Below, in pieces: positions 51,701-63,768 of a DNA stretch of 64,000 nt (positions are counted from its first letter, which is position 1; each line of letters opens with the position of its first letter). The stretch is from Haliotis rufescens (Eukaryota): assembly GCF_023055435.1 (NCBI RefSeq), contig NW_025964372.1, forward strand, positions 38,564,001 to 38,628,000, written 5' to 3'. The position numbers and the translations under genes were made by a program. Below the pieces are notes generated by a model. That model ran no database searches. It was not told the origin of the DNA and was given only the letters and a program-made list of their open reading frames with translations.

Positions 51701-53479
51701 GAAGAGACGTTGAGTGAGCACCTTACCGTTCCTTCCAGCTCGCTTTGTTCGCATTTTGCAATCGGAATGTTAAGTGCAATCCTTGATGTCTGACATCAAC
51801 ACTTATATGTATGTTATATTATTGCTCATTGTAAGCATATATTTTCAGTACAGCGGCAAACTGACGTTACGCGAAATGTAAAAGTCTTTTTACATACAGT
51901 CCGTATAAAATATGATCTGGTCATTGAACTGCCCGTGTAAATTTTCACGTGGATTTCAGTGAGTGAGTAACTTGGGTTTCACGACGCTTTTAACAGTATT
52001 CAAGTTATACCACGGCGCGAATTGCCACGTGGATTTTAGTGAGTGGGTAACTTGGGTTTTACGACGCTTTTAACAGTATTCAAGTTATACCACGGCGCGA
52101 ATTGTCACGTTGATTTCAGTGAGTTGGTAACTTGGGTTTTACGAAGCATTTAACGGTATTCAAGTTATACAACGCCGCGAATTGCCACGAGGATTTCAGT
52201 GAGTGAGTAACTTTGGGATCACGTCGCTTTTAACAGTATTCAAGTTATACCACAGCGCGAATTGTCACGTGGATTTCAGTGAGTGAGTAACTTTGGTTTC
52301 ACGACGCTTTTAACGGTATTCAAGTTATACCACAGCGCTAATTGTCACGTGGATTCAGTGAGTGAGACACTTAGGTATCACCACGCTTTTAACAGTATTC
52401 AAGTCATACCACGGCGCGAATTGCCACGTGGATTTCAGTGAGTGAGTAACTTGGGTTTCACGACGCTTTTAACAGTATTCAAGTTATACCACGGCGCGAA
52501 TTGCCACGTGGATTTCAGTGAGTGAGTAACTTTGGTATCACGACGCTTTTAACATTATTCAAGTTATACCACGACGCGGATTGTCACGTCGATTTCAGTG
52601 AGTGAGTAACTTGGGTTTCACGACGCTTTTCACAGTATTCAAGTTATACCACGGCGCGGATTGCCACGTGGATGTCAATTATGATTAATAAAATATAATA
52701 TTACTGTGGCACCATTCAAAACATGTTTCCACAAAATACTTACTTCCAGTGACTGCATCCAATTTGCTTGACAACGATCAAAGGATAACAAAAAATATCT
52801 CATTTTGAATTTCACTAGACCGTTAGAACCTTTTCTGTTTTCATATTATAAAATGAGGACCATTTTCAATTTCATTGATCAATTTCCACACAAATATTAT
52901 TTTATCATTTTCCACGCAAATATTATTAATGAATTTATTCATTTCAGTACTTCAGTAGATACCTGCATTACTTTATAGTATTGAAATAACTGTAAATTTG
53001 TGGTAACTGGTATTATGAAACTATATACTATATTGACTCATCAACAGTTTGAAGACAGTTGGTGTAATTAATTTTTTTTAATTTTAATCATATTTTGCGA
53101 TACTGCCAGTGACTACCAGATGCTTCTGGTGTAGCTTAGGTCTTGATACACATTATATCATAGCGGGACGTTTTCGTTACTGTTCATCGTGTCATTTTTA
53201 TTCTAAACCAGAGGACCGCCTCCGTGGTCTAGTGGTAGAGCGCCCGCCCGGAGAGTGGAAGGTACGGGGTTCGATCCCCTGCCGCGTCATTCCAAAAGAC
53301 GTTAAAAGATGTGACTTGTTGTTACCCTGTCTGGCGCTTGGCATTAAGGGGCTAAAACAAGGACTGGTCGGCTCGGAGTCAGTATACTGTGTCTGAGTGG
53401 GGTATTCATGTTAAACTGCGGCATGGTATCTCAGTGAGCTAGCACTATAAATCGGCATCAGTCCGGACTAGTACAGGCA

Positions 53480-53520
<41 letters not shown>

Positions 53521-56500
53521 GTACATGCACGTCGTTATATAAGAGCAATAATTTTGGACGCGACGTTAAACCCATTTCACCTCACCTCACCTCTAAACCA
53601 GAGACCATATGTATACCGCATCTTAGGACAAACATAGCCGCATCTTAGGACAAGCATAGCCGCATCTTTGGACAAACATAGCCGCATCTTAGGACAAGCA
53701 TAGTCGCATTTTAGGACAAGCATAGCCGCATCTTAGGACAAGCATAGTCGCATCTTAGGACAAGCATAGCCGCATCTAAGGACAAGCATAGCCGCATCTT
53801 AGGACAAGCATAGTCGCATCTTCAGACAAGCATGACGCATCTTATGACAAGCATAGTCGCATCGTAGGACAAGCATGTCGCATCGTAGGACAAGCATGTC
53901 GCATCTTAGGACAAGCATAGCCGCATCTTTAGGACAAACATAGCCGCATCTTAGGACAAACATAGCCGCATCTTAGGACAAGCATAGCCGCATCTTAGGA
54001 CAGCATAGTCGCATCTTCGGACAAGCATAGCCGCATCTTAGGACAAACATAGCCGCATCTTAGGACAAGCATAGCCGCATCTTAGGACAGCATAGTCGCA
54101 TCTTCGGACAAGCATAGCCGCATCTTAGGACAAACATAGCCGCATCTTTGGACAAACATAGCCGCATCTTAGGACAAACATAGCCGCATCTTAGGACAAG
54201 CATAGCCGCATCTTAGGACAGCATAGTCGCATCTTCGGACAAGCATAGCCGCATCTTAGGACAAACATAGCCGCATCTTTGGACAAACATAGCCGCATCT
54301 TAGGACAAGCATGGGTTCTGAAGACCAATTCTAACCCGGATCTTCACGGGTGCGTTTTTTCAGGAATGGTGGGGGGCGGTCGGGTAGCCTAGTGGTTAAA
54401 GCGTTCGCACTTCACGCCGAAGACCCGGGTTCGATTCCCGACATGGGTACAATGTGTGAAGCCCATTTCTGGTGTCCCCCGCCGTGATATTGCTGGAATA
54501 TTGCTAAAAGCGGCGTAAAACCATACTCAGTCAGTCAGTCAGTCAGGAATGGTGGGGAAACAGAGAGCCGTTTAAGCTTGGTTCCGTCTCATCATGTCAT
54601 AAGTTGTCGCACCTCACATTGAGCAGGGAACAAGAGTAAGATGTGACAGGTTGGACCGTCGCTAATAACAAATCGTGCAAATATACCTCATACAGTCGAC
54701 ATATTATCTAGCTAAGGCCTTATAGGTACATTGCTAAGTTTACTAACAAACAGTTTTACAATAAACCTTCGTTAGCACAGTGTTGAGGGTGTTTCGAGAT
54801 GTGTATAACTCTGTGTGTTTTCGATTGACCACAATTCCAATTCATGGAGTTTTATACACACTGACATCGGACTGAACTCGACTTGAGCATAGTTCGAGAC
54901 AATTGCAGTGACGATATCATATGGTGACGACAAACAAAACAATCATGATAAGAGCGAAGCGGAAATTGAAACCCGCAGTGACAGGACTCTGTCACGCCTA
55001 AGGGACGCAACTCCTCTACACAACTTATTGTTCCGTGTTAAAAGACAGTAGCGTTAATGTCAGCAAATATACAACAACCCACCGTTAGCGTTGCGGTCTT
55101 GTCGAGATCCGAATAGGTGAAGGGCACGTCCATCCTGAACTTGGTGTCAACAAACACGACGCCAGTTTCAGTGACCACCTTCATGTACCATTCGTCACCG
55201 TCACGTGACAGATGGAAGGTGTACACGAGGTTGCGAGTTGCCTCGCGTTCTGCGTCTGACATTCCTGGAAAAGAATTATCATTATTATATGGAATCCTAC
55301 ATCGTCGCGTTGTCGTCCTTTCAAAACCAATTGCAACAATGTGGAAAGGCGAGATTTTGACGTTTGTGGCGTTATCGCGTTATCGCACATTTAACGCCTT
55401 TTAAATACATTTTAGAGTGGACAATATATTTTAACCTTGAAGTTGTAGCGTTGTAAACATGAAAAATATTTTTCAGAGCGGGTCACTACGACAATTAGTC
55501 AAAATGTCGCGTGATCCATGGTTTGTTGGTTGGTTTGTTGTTTAACGCTCAGTACTCTCAGACTACCAGCAAAAATTCCCTGGCCATTTCAGTTTGACAA
55601 AGTCCAAATCCTCTCAACCAAACATCAGGACTTCACCAAAGGAAAACTCTCAGAAACTATAGAAATCCGCCGTCACAAACCTTGATCAACAGAGATCAAG
55701 GGTATTGCATCTCCACTGCCTATGAAGATCTAATCAAGCAATAGACTTTTGTGATTAGGATCCAATCAGCTTGTCACAACTGTTTAATCTTTTAATCCTT
55801 ATCCTTACTGTAATCTGGCTTCATTTCCCGTGTGCTTCATTTCCCGTGTGCTTCATTTCCTGTGTGCTTCATTGCCCGTGTGCTTCATTACCCATGTGCT
55901 TCATAACCCGTGTGCTATTTGTTCTTCTTACTGTACATTTGGCTTCATTACCCATGTGCTTCATTACCTGTGTTCTATGTGTTATTCTTACTGTACATTC
56001 GGCTTCATTACCCATGTGCTTCATTACCTATGTTCTATGTGCTATTCTTACTGTACATTTGGCTTCATTACCCATGTGCTTCATTACCTGTGTTCTATGT
56101 GTTATTCTTACTGTACATTCGGCTTCATTACCCATGTGCTTCATTACCTGTGTTCTATGTGCTATTCTTACTGTACATTTGGCTTCATTACCCATGTGCT
56201 TCATTACCTGTGTTCTATGTGTTATTCTTACTGTACATTCGGCTTCATTACCCGTGTGCTTCATTACCTATGTTCTATGTGTTATTCTTACTGTACATTT
56301 GGCTTCATTACCCATGTGCTTCATTACCTGTGTTCTATGTGTTATTCTTACTGTACATTTGGCTTCATTACCCATGTGCTTCATTACCTGTGTTCTATGT
56401 GTTATTCTTACTGTACATTTGGCTTCATTACCCATGTGCTTCATTACCTGTGTTCTATGTGTTATTCTTACTGTTCATTTGGCTTCATTACCCATGTGCT

Positions 56501-57387
56501 TCATTACCTGTGTTCTATGTGTTATTCTTACTGTACATTTGGCTTCATTACCCATGTGCTTCATTACCTGTGTTCTATGTGTTATTCTTACTGTACATTC
56601 GGCTTCATTACCCGTGTGCTTCATTACCTGTGTGCTATTTGTTATTCTAACTGTACATTTGGCTTCATCCTGTTATCTGTATGCTACTTGTTATCTACAT
56701 GTATTACCTGTTGTTGTATATGTTAATCTGCTCCTGATCACATGTCATGCATATACGTCTCGTCACTTAGTTCTTGTCACCCCAGGTGGCCCAGTCGTCT
56801 AAGGCGCCGCGATTCGCTGTGCAGAGTTGCGTCCCTTAGGCACGCCAGAAACAAACCTATGATTGTGGGTTCGAATCCCGGTTCACCCCGATTATGTTTC
56901 TAGGTTTGTCAGCACCATGCCCGTGCTCGTGGGTTTCACAGAAGCAGTAAATGTCTGAGACCTGCATCACTTCGTGCTTTCCTCCCACATTAAGCTGACA
57001 CGCCGTGATATGACTGGAATACTGTTCAAAGCGGCGTTAAACCCAACTCACTCACTCTTGTCATTCCAGCTTGATAACAGTGTGAGAATCTACATCGAAA
57101 CGTCGCTATATGTAATAAACCAGAAGTTATCTATAAAGTTGTACGTTTTCTTACCTTGTGTTGATACTGTCGCAATCATTAAATACCACCTTCAGATTTA
57201 CGTTGTTAAAGTCATACTTTGAAATCTGGGATATATTTTCATGTACAAATGTATCTGTAATTGGAGAAAAATGCGTTTATAGTATTGTTTAAAAGTAAAG
57301 AAGGTTCCTACCCATGGCTTTAGAAAACTCATCATGACCAGTGGTCAACTCGGGAACCAGTATCCAGTCTCCGACCATGTTCGCCAT
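48792..57387 (-). CDS. FABP/iLBP-like (calycin) protein A; complement join(57312..57387,55083..55264,50551..50664,48792..48842), 140 aa
   Basis: Exon peptides MANMVGDWILVPELTTGHDEFSKAMG / MSDAEREATRN...DKTATLT / SLISLRNDHF...GDFVIT / AQTKDGATETQRLRKR*. All introns are GT-AG with phases 1,0,0 and coding exon sizes 76/182/114/51. This fits the canonical 4-exon FABP layout with an N-terminal G-x-W motif and matches the + strand paralog exon for exon. Confidence 0.85.
50873..51040 (-). mobile_element. tRNA-derived SINE (family 1)
   Basis: Reverse complement of the 24728 and 54372 elements; absent from the paralogous intron copies at ~32070 and ~39100. Confidence 0.8.
51938..52675. repeat. 80-bp tandem repeat, ~9 units, SINE-tail derived
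   Basis: GAGTGAGTAA-type motif recurs at 51961, 52041, 52121, 52201, 52281 and onward. Confidence 0.9.
53214..53591 (+). mobile_element. tRNA-derived SINE (family 3, Meta-domain-like body)
   Basis: A box GTGGTCTAGTGG, B box GGTTCGATCCC, internal (CA)n, (CACCT)n tail and TSD TCTAAACCAGAG on both sides. Confidence 0.8.
53616..54312. repeat. 22-bp minisatellite (CCGCATCTTAGGACAAGCATAG)n, ~31 units
   Basis: Direct tandem repeats. Confidence 0.92.
54372..54544 (+). mobile_element. Full-length tRNA-derived SINE (family 1)
   Basis: A and B boxes (GGTTCGATTCC), (AGTC)n tail, TSD TCAGGAATGGTGGGG. Confidence 0.85.
55817..56670. repeat. 16-bp monomers grading into a 60-bp tandem repeat (~12 units) in FABP-A intron 1
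   Basis: The 60-nt period is visible line to line from 55921 to 56660; TGTGCTTCATTTCCCG monomers lie at 55831-55915. Confidence 0.92.
56785..57057 (+). mobile_element. tRNA-derived SINE (family 2, V-domain-like body)
   Basis: Head GGTGGCCCAGTCGTCTAAGGCG...GGTTCGAATCCC, body GTGGGTTTC...TTTCCTCCCACA, (ACTC)n tail. The V-domain assignment is from memory. Confidence 0.7.
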
Positions 57388-58841
57388 CGTGATGGTGTTC
57401 TTGTGAAATCCGCGGTACCTGTGGAGATATGGCGATGGTGTAGCTTATAATGTCGACGTTGGATTTGCCGAAAAGACAAGAGAACAGCTCAGATGGTCTG
57501 AATAGCCACTTGCTTTGCAGCCCGTCCAATACGATCAAAACACCACGTGTATGTAAGCCCTATAGACGCCTAGAAATATGAAATACATTATTACCGTATT
57601 TCCATTATTATATTTAATTTCATTATACGATGTATAGTCTGAAATATGTTCACTGTAAAAAACATTCAGTGTCAATTGACAGTGGCATTTCAACACTTCA
57701 GGGTAATTACTCCACCACAAGCACGTTTGATGATATGTCTTATTGAGGCTAACCACTGAAATATTAGGGATTAAATTAAATTAAAAGATTATCTTAAAAT
57801 TTATGAAAGATAAAGATTATTGACATAAAAAGGGTACATATATCTTAATGATGAACCAGCACCCGGCGTCAATTAGACGTCGACGTATATTGGAGACCGG
57901 TGTCAAATAGAGGAAATACGGTACGTGAAATAATAGATATTTATATTTGTTACACGACACGAACCAACGTTGTATAGTCCACAATCTAAAGCATCACAAA
58001 AGATCAAGATGTAGACACACGTGCCCGCACGTCGCAATAATCTTGGACGCGACATTTCACCTCACCCCAAGATGTGACATTTACGGGGGCGAGGATACAG
58101 TATTGGCACGTGTCACGTACTAGGAAAGAGGTACGCGAAACGGCGTCACGACCCACATGCTCCACGCGTCACGCCTTCTCCTGCAACAAACAACAGTGAC
58201 TGGGCGGAGGAACAGACCGACCCAAGATCCATTCATTTCGAATCTACGTGTGTAACCCGTAAATAGGGTTGACCACACAGTCCCACCACATATTTTCATA
58301 ATACTTACGTATTAAAATGCGCATGAGAAGGATAAAAAAAGACACTTACGAGTCCTAATGTGAGGTTTCCTTGACTTTAAAAACAGATAATCGACTTCGG
58401 CTGCGATCCCGGTGACATATATGTATAGAGAGCTCCAAACGCGGCCTGTGGCGGTGAGGAGTTTGTACGATAACCAAGCTCCGTCCCAGCACCTGACAAC
58501 GCGGTCAACCTAGGACCTCTACAGCTGGTAGACGGTTACGAGTTCTGTTAGGAGCGCTTTGCTCACCCGAGAGGCTATCGCTGTGAGGATCTTGTGAAAT
58601 AATATATGAATGGGGCTAACTGTGGACCAGTGTAAGCCCTTATTACCGCCCTCAATATATCCCACCTTACCACCAAGCAGGACGGCTTTAGACTGGTTCC
58701 GTGAATCCTCCGCTTGGTGTCGCTGCTCTCACTTCACAGTCTCCATTGAACGGTAACCAGTCTAACCCTGATTGCTCGCCCCACGACCGCTACACCCTCC
58801 GGCATCACTGTATCACTGATATCACACGAGAACACCTCGCG
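57388..58841. promoter_or_regulatory. Intergenic region between the divergent FABP genes (candidate bidirectional promoter); TATAAG on the - strand at ~57444-57449
   Basis: 1454 bp separate the two ATGs; a TATA-like motif lies ~60 bp upstream of the FABP-A ATG. Confidence 0.45.
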
Positions 58842-61800
58842 ATGGCGAACATGATCGGAGACTGGAAACTGGTGCCCGAACTTACCACAGGCCATGATGA
58901 GTTTGCTGCGGCGTTGGGTAAGTGTGACATATTCACTAATAATACATACACAAATCCGTCGGTAACCTAGTGTTTAAAGTGTTCGCTCGTCACGCCGAAG
59001 ACCCGTGTTCGATTCTCCACGTGGGTACAATGTGTGAAGCCCATATCTGATATCACCCGCCGTGATATTGATGGAATATTGCTAAAAGCGACAAAAAACA
59101 ATACTTACTAACTCACTAATATATATTCGCATAGTTACGCATATTTCGTTTTAATATTCAGCAATCCGTTTCTAGTATTACCCGCTGGTCCTGCCCGGCC
59201 CGACTTTTAGTCAATCCACTGTAATGATGCTGGTAAAACCACAGAATAAACACCTGTATAGTTACAAAAGAAAAATATTTTTTTAAAACAGCTACGAATT
59301 CCTGATTAAACTGATGCTGAACTCTCGACACAATCGATCCATCGTCCCACAAATAATTATATTTATGATATTTATTACCACTTGTACTGTTATGTGAAGT
59401 ACTCGAATTTTATTACTTTTTTTCACATGAGTATCGTTCCGGAAAAAAAGTAATCTCAATAAACAGACGACAGCGCTATGTCTCACTGTTGTGAAATCGT
59501 CCTAATGAGCGACGCCTGTACGACCTGTGATATCGCCCTCGGTCGTGTTGACCCTACCAGTGTATATATTGACATAGCTAGATGACCTACATAGGTGTTA
59601 TACGCGTTGAAGAAGCTTATTCAGTGACGAGAGGCCGCATAGTCATAGTACCCCCCGTAGTTCATGTTATCACAGATGTGATCAGTGACCATGTAAACAT
59701 ACAGCAAGATATTATTTACAATATAAACATATACGTACAAATCAATGCCATAGATTGAAATAGCATACAGAAGTCAAGGCAAGTCAAGTTATATTTCCTT
59801 TCTTATGTAGGGAATTGATATACATGTATATATATACTGAACAACAAAAGTTCCTGTGAAACTGAATAAGATTTAATGCAAAGTTATGTTTTTTACCAAA
59901 TCTGAAACAATTTCGGTTTGAAACAGATAAAAGACTCCTGTAAGTGTTCAAATGGTTTAATTTGCCATACTGACTTCAGAAAATGCGTGATTTCATAAAA
60001 ACAACCATGAACATGCCAAAATGTCAATTCACAAATCAATAGTGTGTGTGTCCACCTCCGGTTGCGATGCAAGCAACACATCTTCGTCTCATGGAATGGA
60101 CCAGGCGTCGCACAAAGTCCTGTGGGATATCTGTCCATATCTACCGGAGCATGTTTCGAAGAAGTTCCTGGAGTGTCTGTGGAACACGTGGTTGACGTCG
60201 AAGGCGCCGATCCATCTCATCCCACATGTGCTGGATTGGTGAGAGATCAGGGGAGCGAGCCGGCCAGGGGATGACATTCACGTTGTTTTGTTGAAGAGAA
60301 TCCTAAACAAGTCGAGCAATATGAGGCCGGGCGTTGTCATGTTGAAAGGTAATGGGCCATGACGACGCAAAAACGGTAGAACAACAGGGCCGATGATCTC
60401 GTCACGGTAGCGCTGTCCATTGAGATTTCACTCTACCACTATCAAACGGGTCCTCTGTCTTGCTGTAATCCCACCCCATACCATAACGCTGCCGCCCCCG
60501 TACCGATCTTCTTCCATGACACAATGATTGACGTAACGTTCACCTCGACGTCGGTACACCCGAATCCGTCCATCGCTGTTGCTGAGGTGAAAACGAGACT
60601 CGTCAGTGAATAGAACTTGTCCCCACTGCGTGTCTGCACCACTGTAGGCGTGCTTGACGGTGGTTTCCTGTCAAAATGGGACGCCTGGCGGGTCTTCTGG
60701 CGACAATCCCTGCACATCTGAGGCGGCGACTTACGGTTTAAGAAGATATTCGTTGAAGGCCGGGGGTGCTTCTTCCAGTCACTGTTGCTGGCTGGAATCG
60801 ATTTCGTAGGTGTGTTGTTCGAATCCAGTTGTCTTGTCGATTATTGGTTACGCGTGGCCTCTGACTGCATCCATCTGTTACCAACGTTGCCATAAACACC
60901 AAATGGTGTTTCTGTGGACGTTAAATTGTCTTGCAACATCACATTGACTCGATCCTGCTTCAAGCATACCAATGGCTCGCAGACGCTCATTTTCGGACAG
61001 GCGTGGCATTTCGTAAAGGGGAGGGGGGGGGGGGGGGGGGGGCGTCTGCACTGTCATCAACAATCTCTCATATACGCAAAACACGTATGTCAGTTAACCA
61101 TGGTTTGACCTTCATTGTAAACTCGTAAATTCGTGAATGCTCCCAAATCTCTACTTTTGATGATATCAGTGATGTCCGCGTTGCACAGAAATATGTAACC
61201 AATGAAACTTGAATTTTGGAAGCAAATACACAATGCTCCGTTTATCGTTCCAGGAATGACAGACAAGGAGCGCGAGGCAACTCGCTTCCTCGTCTACACC
61301 TTACATCTGTCACGTGACGGCGAGGAGTGGCATATGAAGGTTGACCTTGAAGATGGAAGCGTGTTTATGGACGTCAAGTTCAAGATGGGCGTTCCCTTCC
61401 ACTTTTTGAGTTTCGACAAGGTCACTAAAATGACGGTGAGTGAGGTTTTAGCAATATTCCAGCAATATCACGGCTTGGGACACCAGAGATGAACTTCACA
61501 CATTGCACCCATGTTGGCAATCGAACCTTTGGAGTGACCAGCGAACGCATTAACCACTAGGCTACCCCACCGCCCCTTCCTGATGATCCAATACAGGTGA
61601 CAGTGCTGACAGAAACACATATGTCACCAACACCCACATCCTCTTGGGCTCACTGTTTATATATTATTTGCAGTAAACGCGGTAGCTGTCTCGGTTCAGT
61701 CATGTAATAACGAAACATATCATTTATCAACAGGATTATGAATACTAGTATACAGTGNNNNNNNNNNNNNNNNNNNNNNNNNNNNNNNNNNNNNNNNNNN

Positions 61801-63768
61801 NNNNNNNNNNNNNNNNNNNNNNNNNNNNNNNNNNNNNNNNNNNNNNNNNNNNNNNNNNNNNNNNNNNNNNNNNNNNNNNNNNNNNNNNNNNNNNNNNNNN
61901 NNNNNNNNNNNNNNNNNNNNNNNNAGTGTGTGGGTATGTCCGTGTGAGTGTATGTGAGAGTGAGTGAGGTGTGAGTGTGTGTGTGCGTGTGTGTGTGTGT
62001 GTGTGTGCATGAGGTGTGGGTATGTGTGTGAGTGTGTGAGTGAGGTGTGTGATGTGTTTGAGTGAGTGAGTGAGGTGTTTGAGTGTGGGTATGTGCGTGT
62101 GTGAGTGAGTGGGGTGAGTAAGTGAGATGTGGGTATGTGTGTGTTTGTGTGTGTGTGTGTGTGTGAGTGAATGTGTGGGTATGTGTTTGAGTGTGTGTGT
62201 GAGGTGTGANNNNNNNNNNNNNNNNNNNNNNNNNNNNNNNNNNNNNNNNNNNNNNNNNNNNNNNNNNNNNNNNNNNNNNNNNNNNNNNNNNNNNNNNNNN
62301 NNNNNNNNNNNNNNNNNNNNNNNNNNNNNNNNNNNNNNNNNNNNNNNNTGTTCGTCTCGTAGTTTCAGAGTGGAAAATTGAAGCATGTTGCTAACAATAC
62401 AACTCAGTACAGCCTGGTCACGTGCATATGTATTTATGTTGTTTCAAATCTACGGCAATATTTCCAGAGTGTCATCGAGTTACGGAACGACCACTTCATT
62501 GAAAAGCTGACATCGGACAAGGATGGAGTGATCATGCAGTTGGATGTCGACACGTATCGGGATGGGGACTTCGTCATTGCGGTGAGTGAGTGAGTAGAGG
62601 AGTGAGTGAGGAGAGGAGTGAGTGAGGAGAGGAGTGAGCAGACGANNNNNNNNNNNNNNNNNNNNNNNNNNNNNNNNNNNNNNNNNNNNNNNNNNNNNNN
62701 NNNNNNNNNNNNNNNNNNNNNNNNNNNNNNNNNNNNNNNNNNNNNNNNNNNNNNNNNNNNNNNNNNNNNNNNNNNNNNNNNNNNNNNNNNNNNNNNNNNN
62801 NNNNNNNNNNNNNNNNNNNNNNNNNNNNNNNNNNNNNNNNNNNNNNNNNNNNNNNNNNNNNNNNNNNNNNNNNNNNNNNNNNNNNNNNNNNNNNNNNNNN
62901 NNNNNNNNNNNNNNNNNNNNNNNNNNGTAGAGGAGTGAGTGAGTAGAGGAGTGAGTGAGGAGAGGAGAGGAGTGAGTGAGTAGAGGAGTGAGTGAGTGAG
63001 GAGAGGAGAGGAGTGAGTAGAGGAGTGAGTGAGTAGAGGAGTGAGTGAGTAGAGCAGTGAGTGAGTAGAGGACTGAGTGAGTAGAGGAGTGAGTGAGGAG
63101 AGGAGTGAGTGAGGAGAGGAGTGAGTGAGGAGAGGAGTGAGTGAGTGAGGAGAGGAGTGAGTAGAGGAGTGAGTGAGTAGAGGNNNNNNNNNNNNNNNNN
63201 NNNNNNNNNNNNNNNNNNNNNNNNNNNNNNNNNNNNNNNNNNNNNNNNNNNNNNNNNNNNNNNNNNNNNNNNNNNNNNNNNNNNNNNNNNNNNNNNNNNN
63301 NNNNNNNNNNNNNNNNNNNNNNNNNNNNNNNNNNNNNNNNNNNNNNNNNNNNGTAGAGGAGTGAGTGAGGAGAGGAGTGAGTGAGCAGACGAGTGAGTAG
63401 AGGAGTGAGTGAGGAGAGGAGTGAGGGTGTAAATTAGTGAGAGGGTAAATGGGTGAGTGAGTATAACATTATTATGTTAACTTTCTACATTAATTCTATG
63501 TCATTGGCTTTGTCATTATGTTGTTGTCTTCTACATTCATCCCACCATATATCATGAACGCATTGTGGGGTGAATGTATATATTTACTTACTGGGCATTC
63601 ACCCGATGAAGGAGCAAGAAGTAGCTCTGTAACGTCTTACAAAGAATAAAAGAAATTGTAAAAAAACCTTCCAAATGCCTGTCAAAATCTTAACTCTGTG
63701 CTTGTTTCTGTTCCCAGACTCAGACCAAGGATGGCGCCACGGAGACCCAGAGACTGAGAAAACTCTGA
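58842..63768 (+). CDS. FABP/iLBP-like (calycin) protein B; join(58842..58917,61254..61435,62468..62581,63718..63768), 140 aa
   Basis: Exon peptides MANMIGDWKLVPELTTGHDEFAAALG / MTDKEREATRF...KVTKMT / SVIELRNDHF...GDFVIA / TQTKDGATETQRLRKL*. Donors are GTAAGT, GTGAGT and GTGAGT; acceptors are CAG. Exon sizes are identical to paralog A, with about 101/140 identical residues by hand count. Confidence 0.87.
58958..59117 (+). mobile_element. Diverged SINE family 1 in FABP-B intron 1
   Basis: Colinear similarity to the 54372 element. Confidence 0.75.
59835..61171 (-). mobile_element. Defective Tc1/mariner transposon in intron 1 of FABP-B (transposase remnant ~60036..61009)
   Basis: HTH-type start MPRLSENERLRAIGMLEAG..DVARQFNVH, catalytic-region motif WPARSPDLSPIQHMWD and C-terminus SMRRRC...GGGHTHY. 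Stops and frameshifts are present. The left TIR TACTGAACAACAAAAGT follows a TA, and a degenerate right TIR reads ACTTTTGATGATATCAGTG. Confidence 0.85.
61436..61576 (-). mobile_element. Diverged SINE family 1 abutting the FABP-B exon 2 donor
   Basis: Reverse complement of family 1, ending ACCACTAGGCTACCCCACCGCCCC; its tail end coincides with the GTGAGT donor. Confidence 0.75.
61925..62209. repeat. GT/GAGT-rich low-complexity tract between N-runs
   Basis: Direct observation. Confidence 0.85.
62582..63462. repeat. (GAGT)/(GAGGA) compound microsatellite in FABP-B intron 3, partly N
   Basis: Direct observation. Confidence 0.85.

Noticed and set aside
51938-52675. CRISPR-like array
   Set aside because: The units are near-identical along their whole length with no unique spacers, there are no cas genes, and the context is eukaryotic.
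55771-56802. 343-, 298- and 246-aa ORFs
   Set aside because: They are translations of a stop-free 60-bp tandem repeat inside an intron and are open in all three frames.
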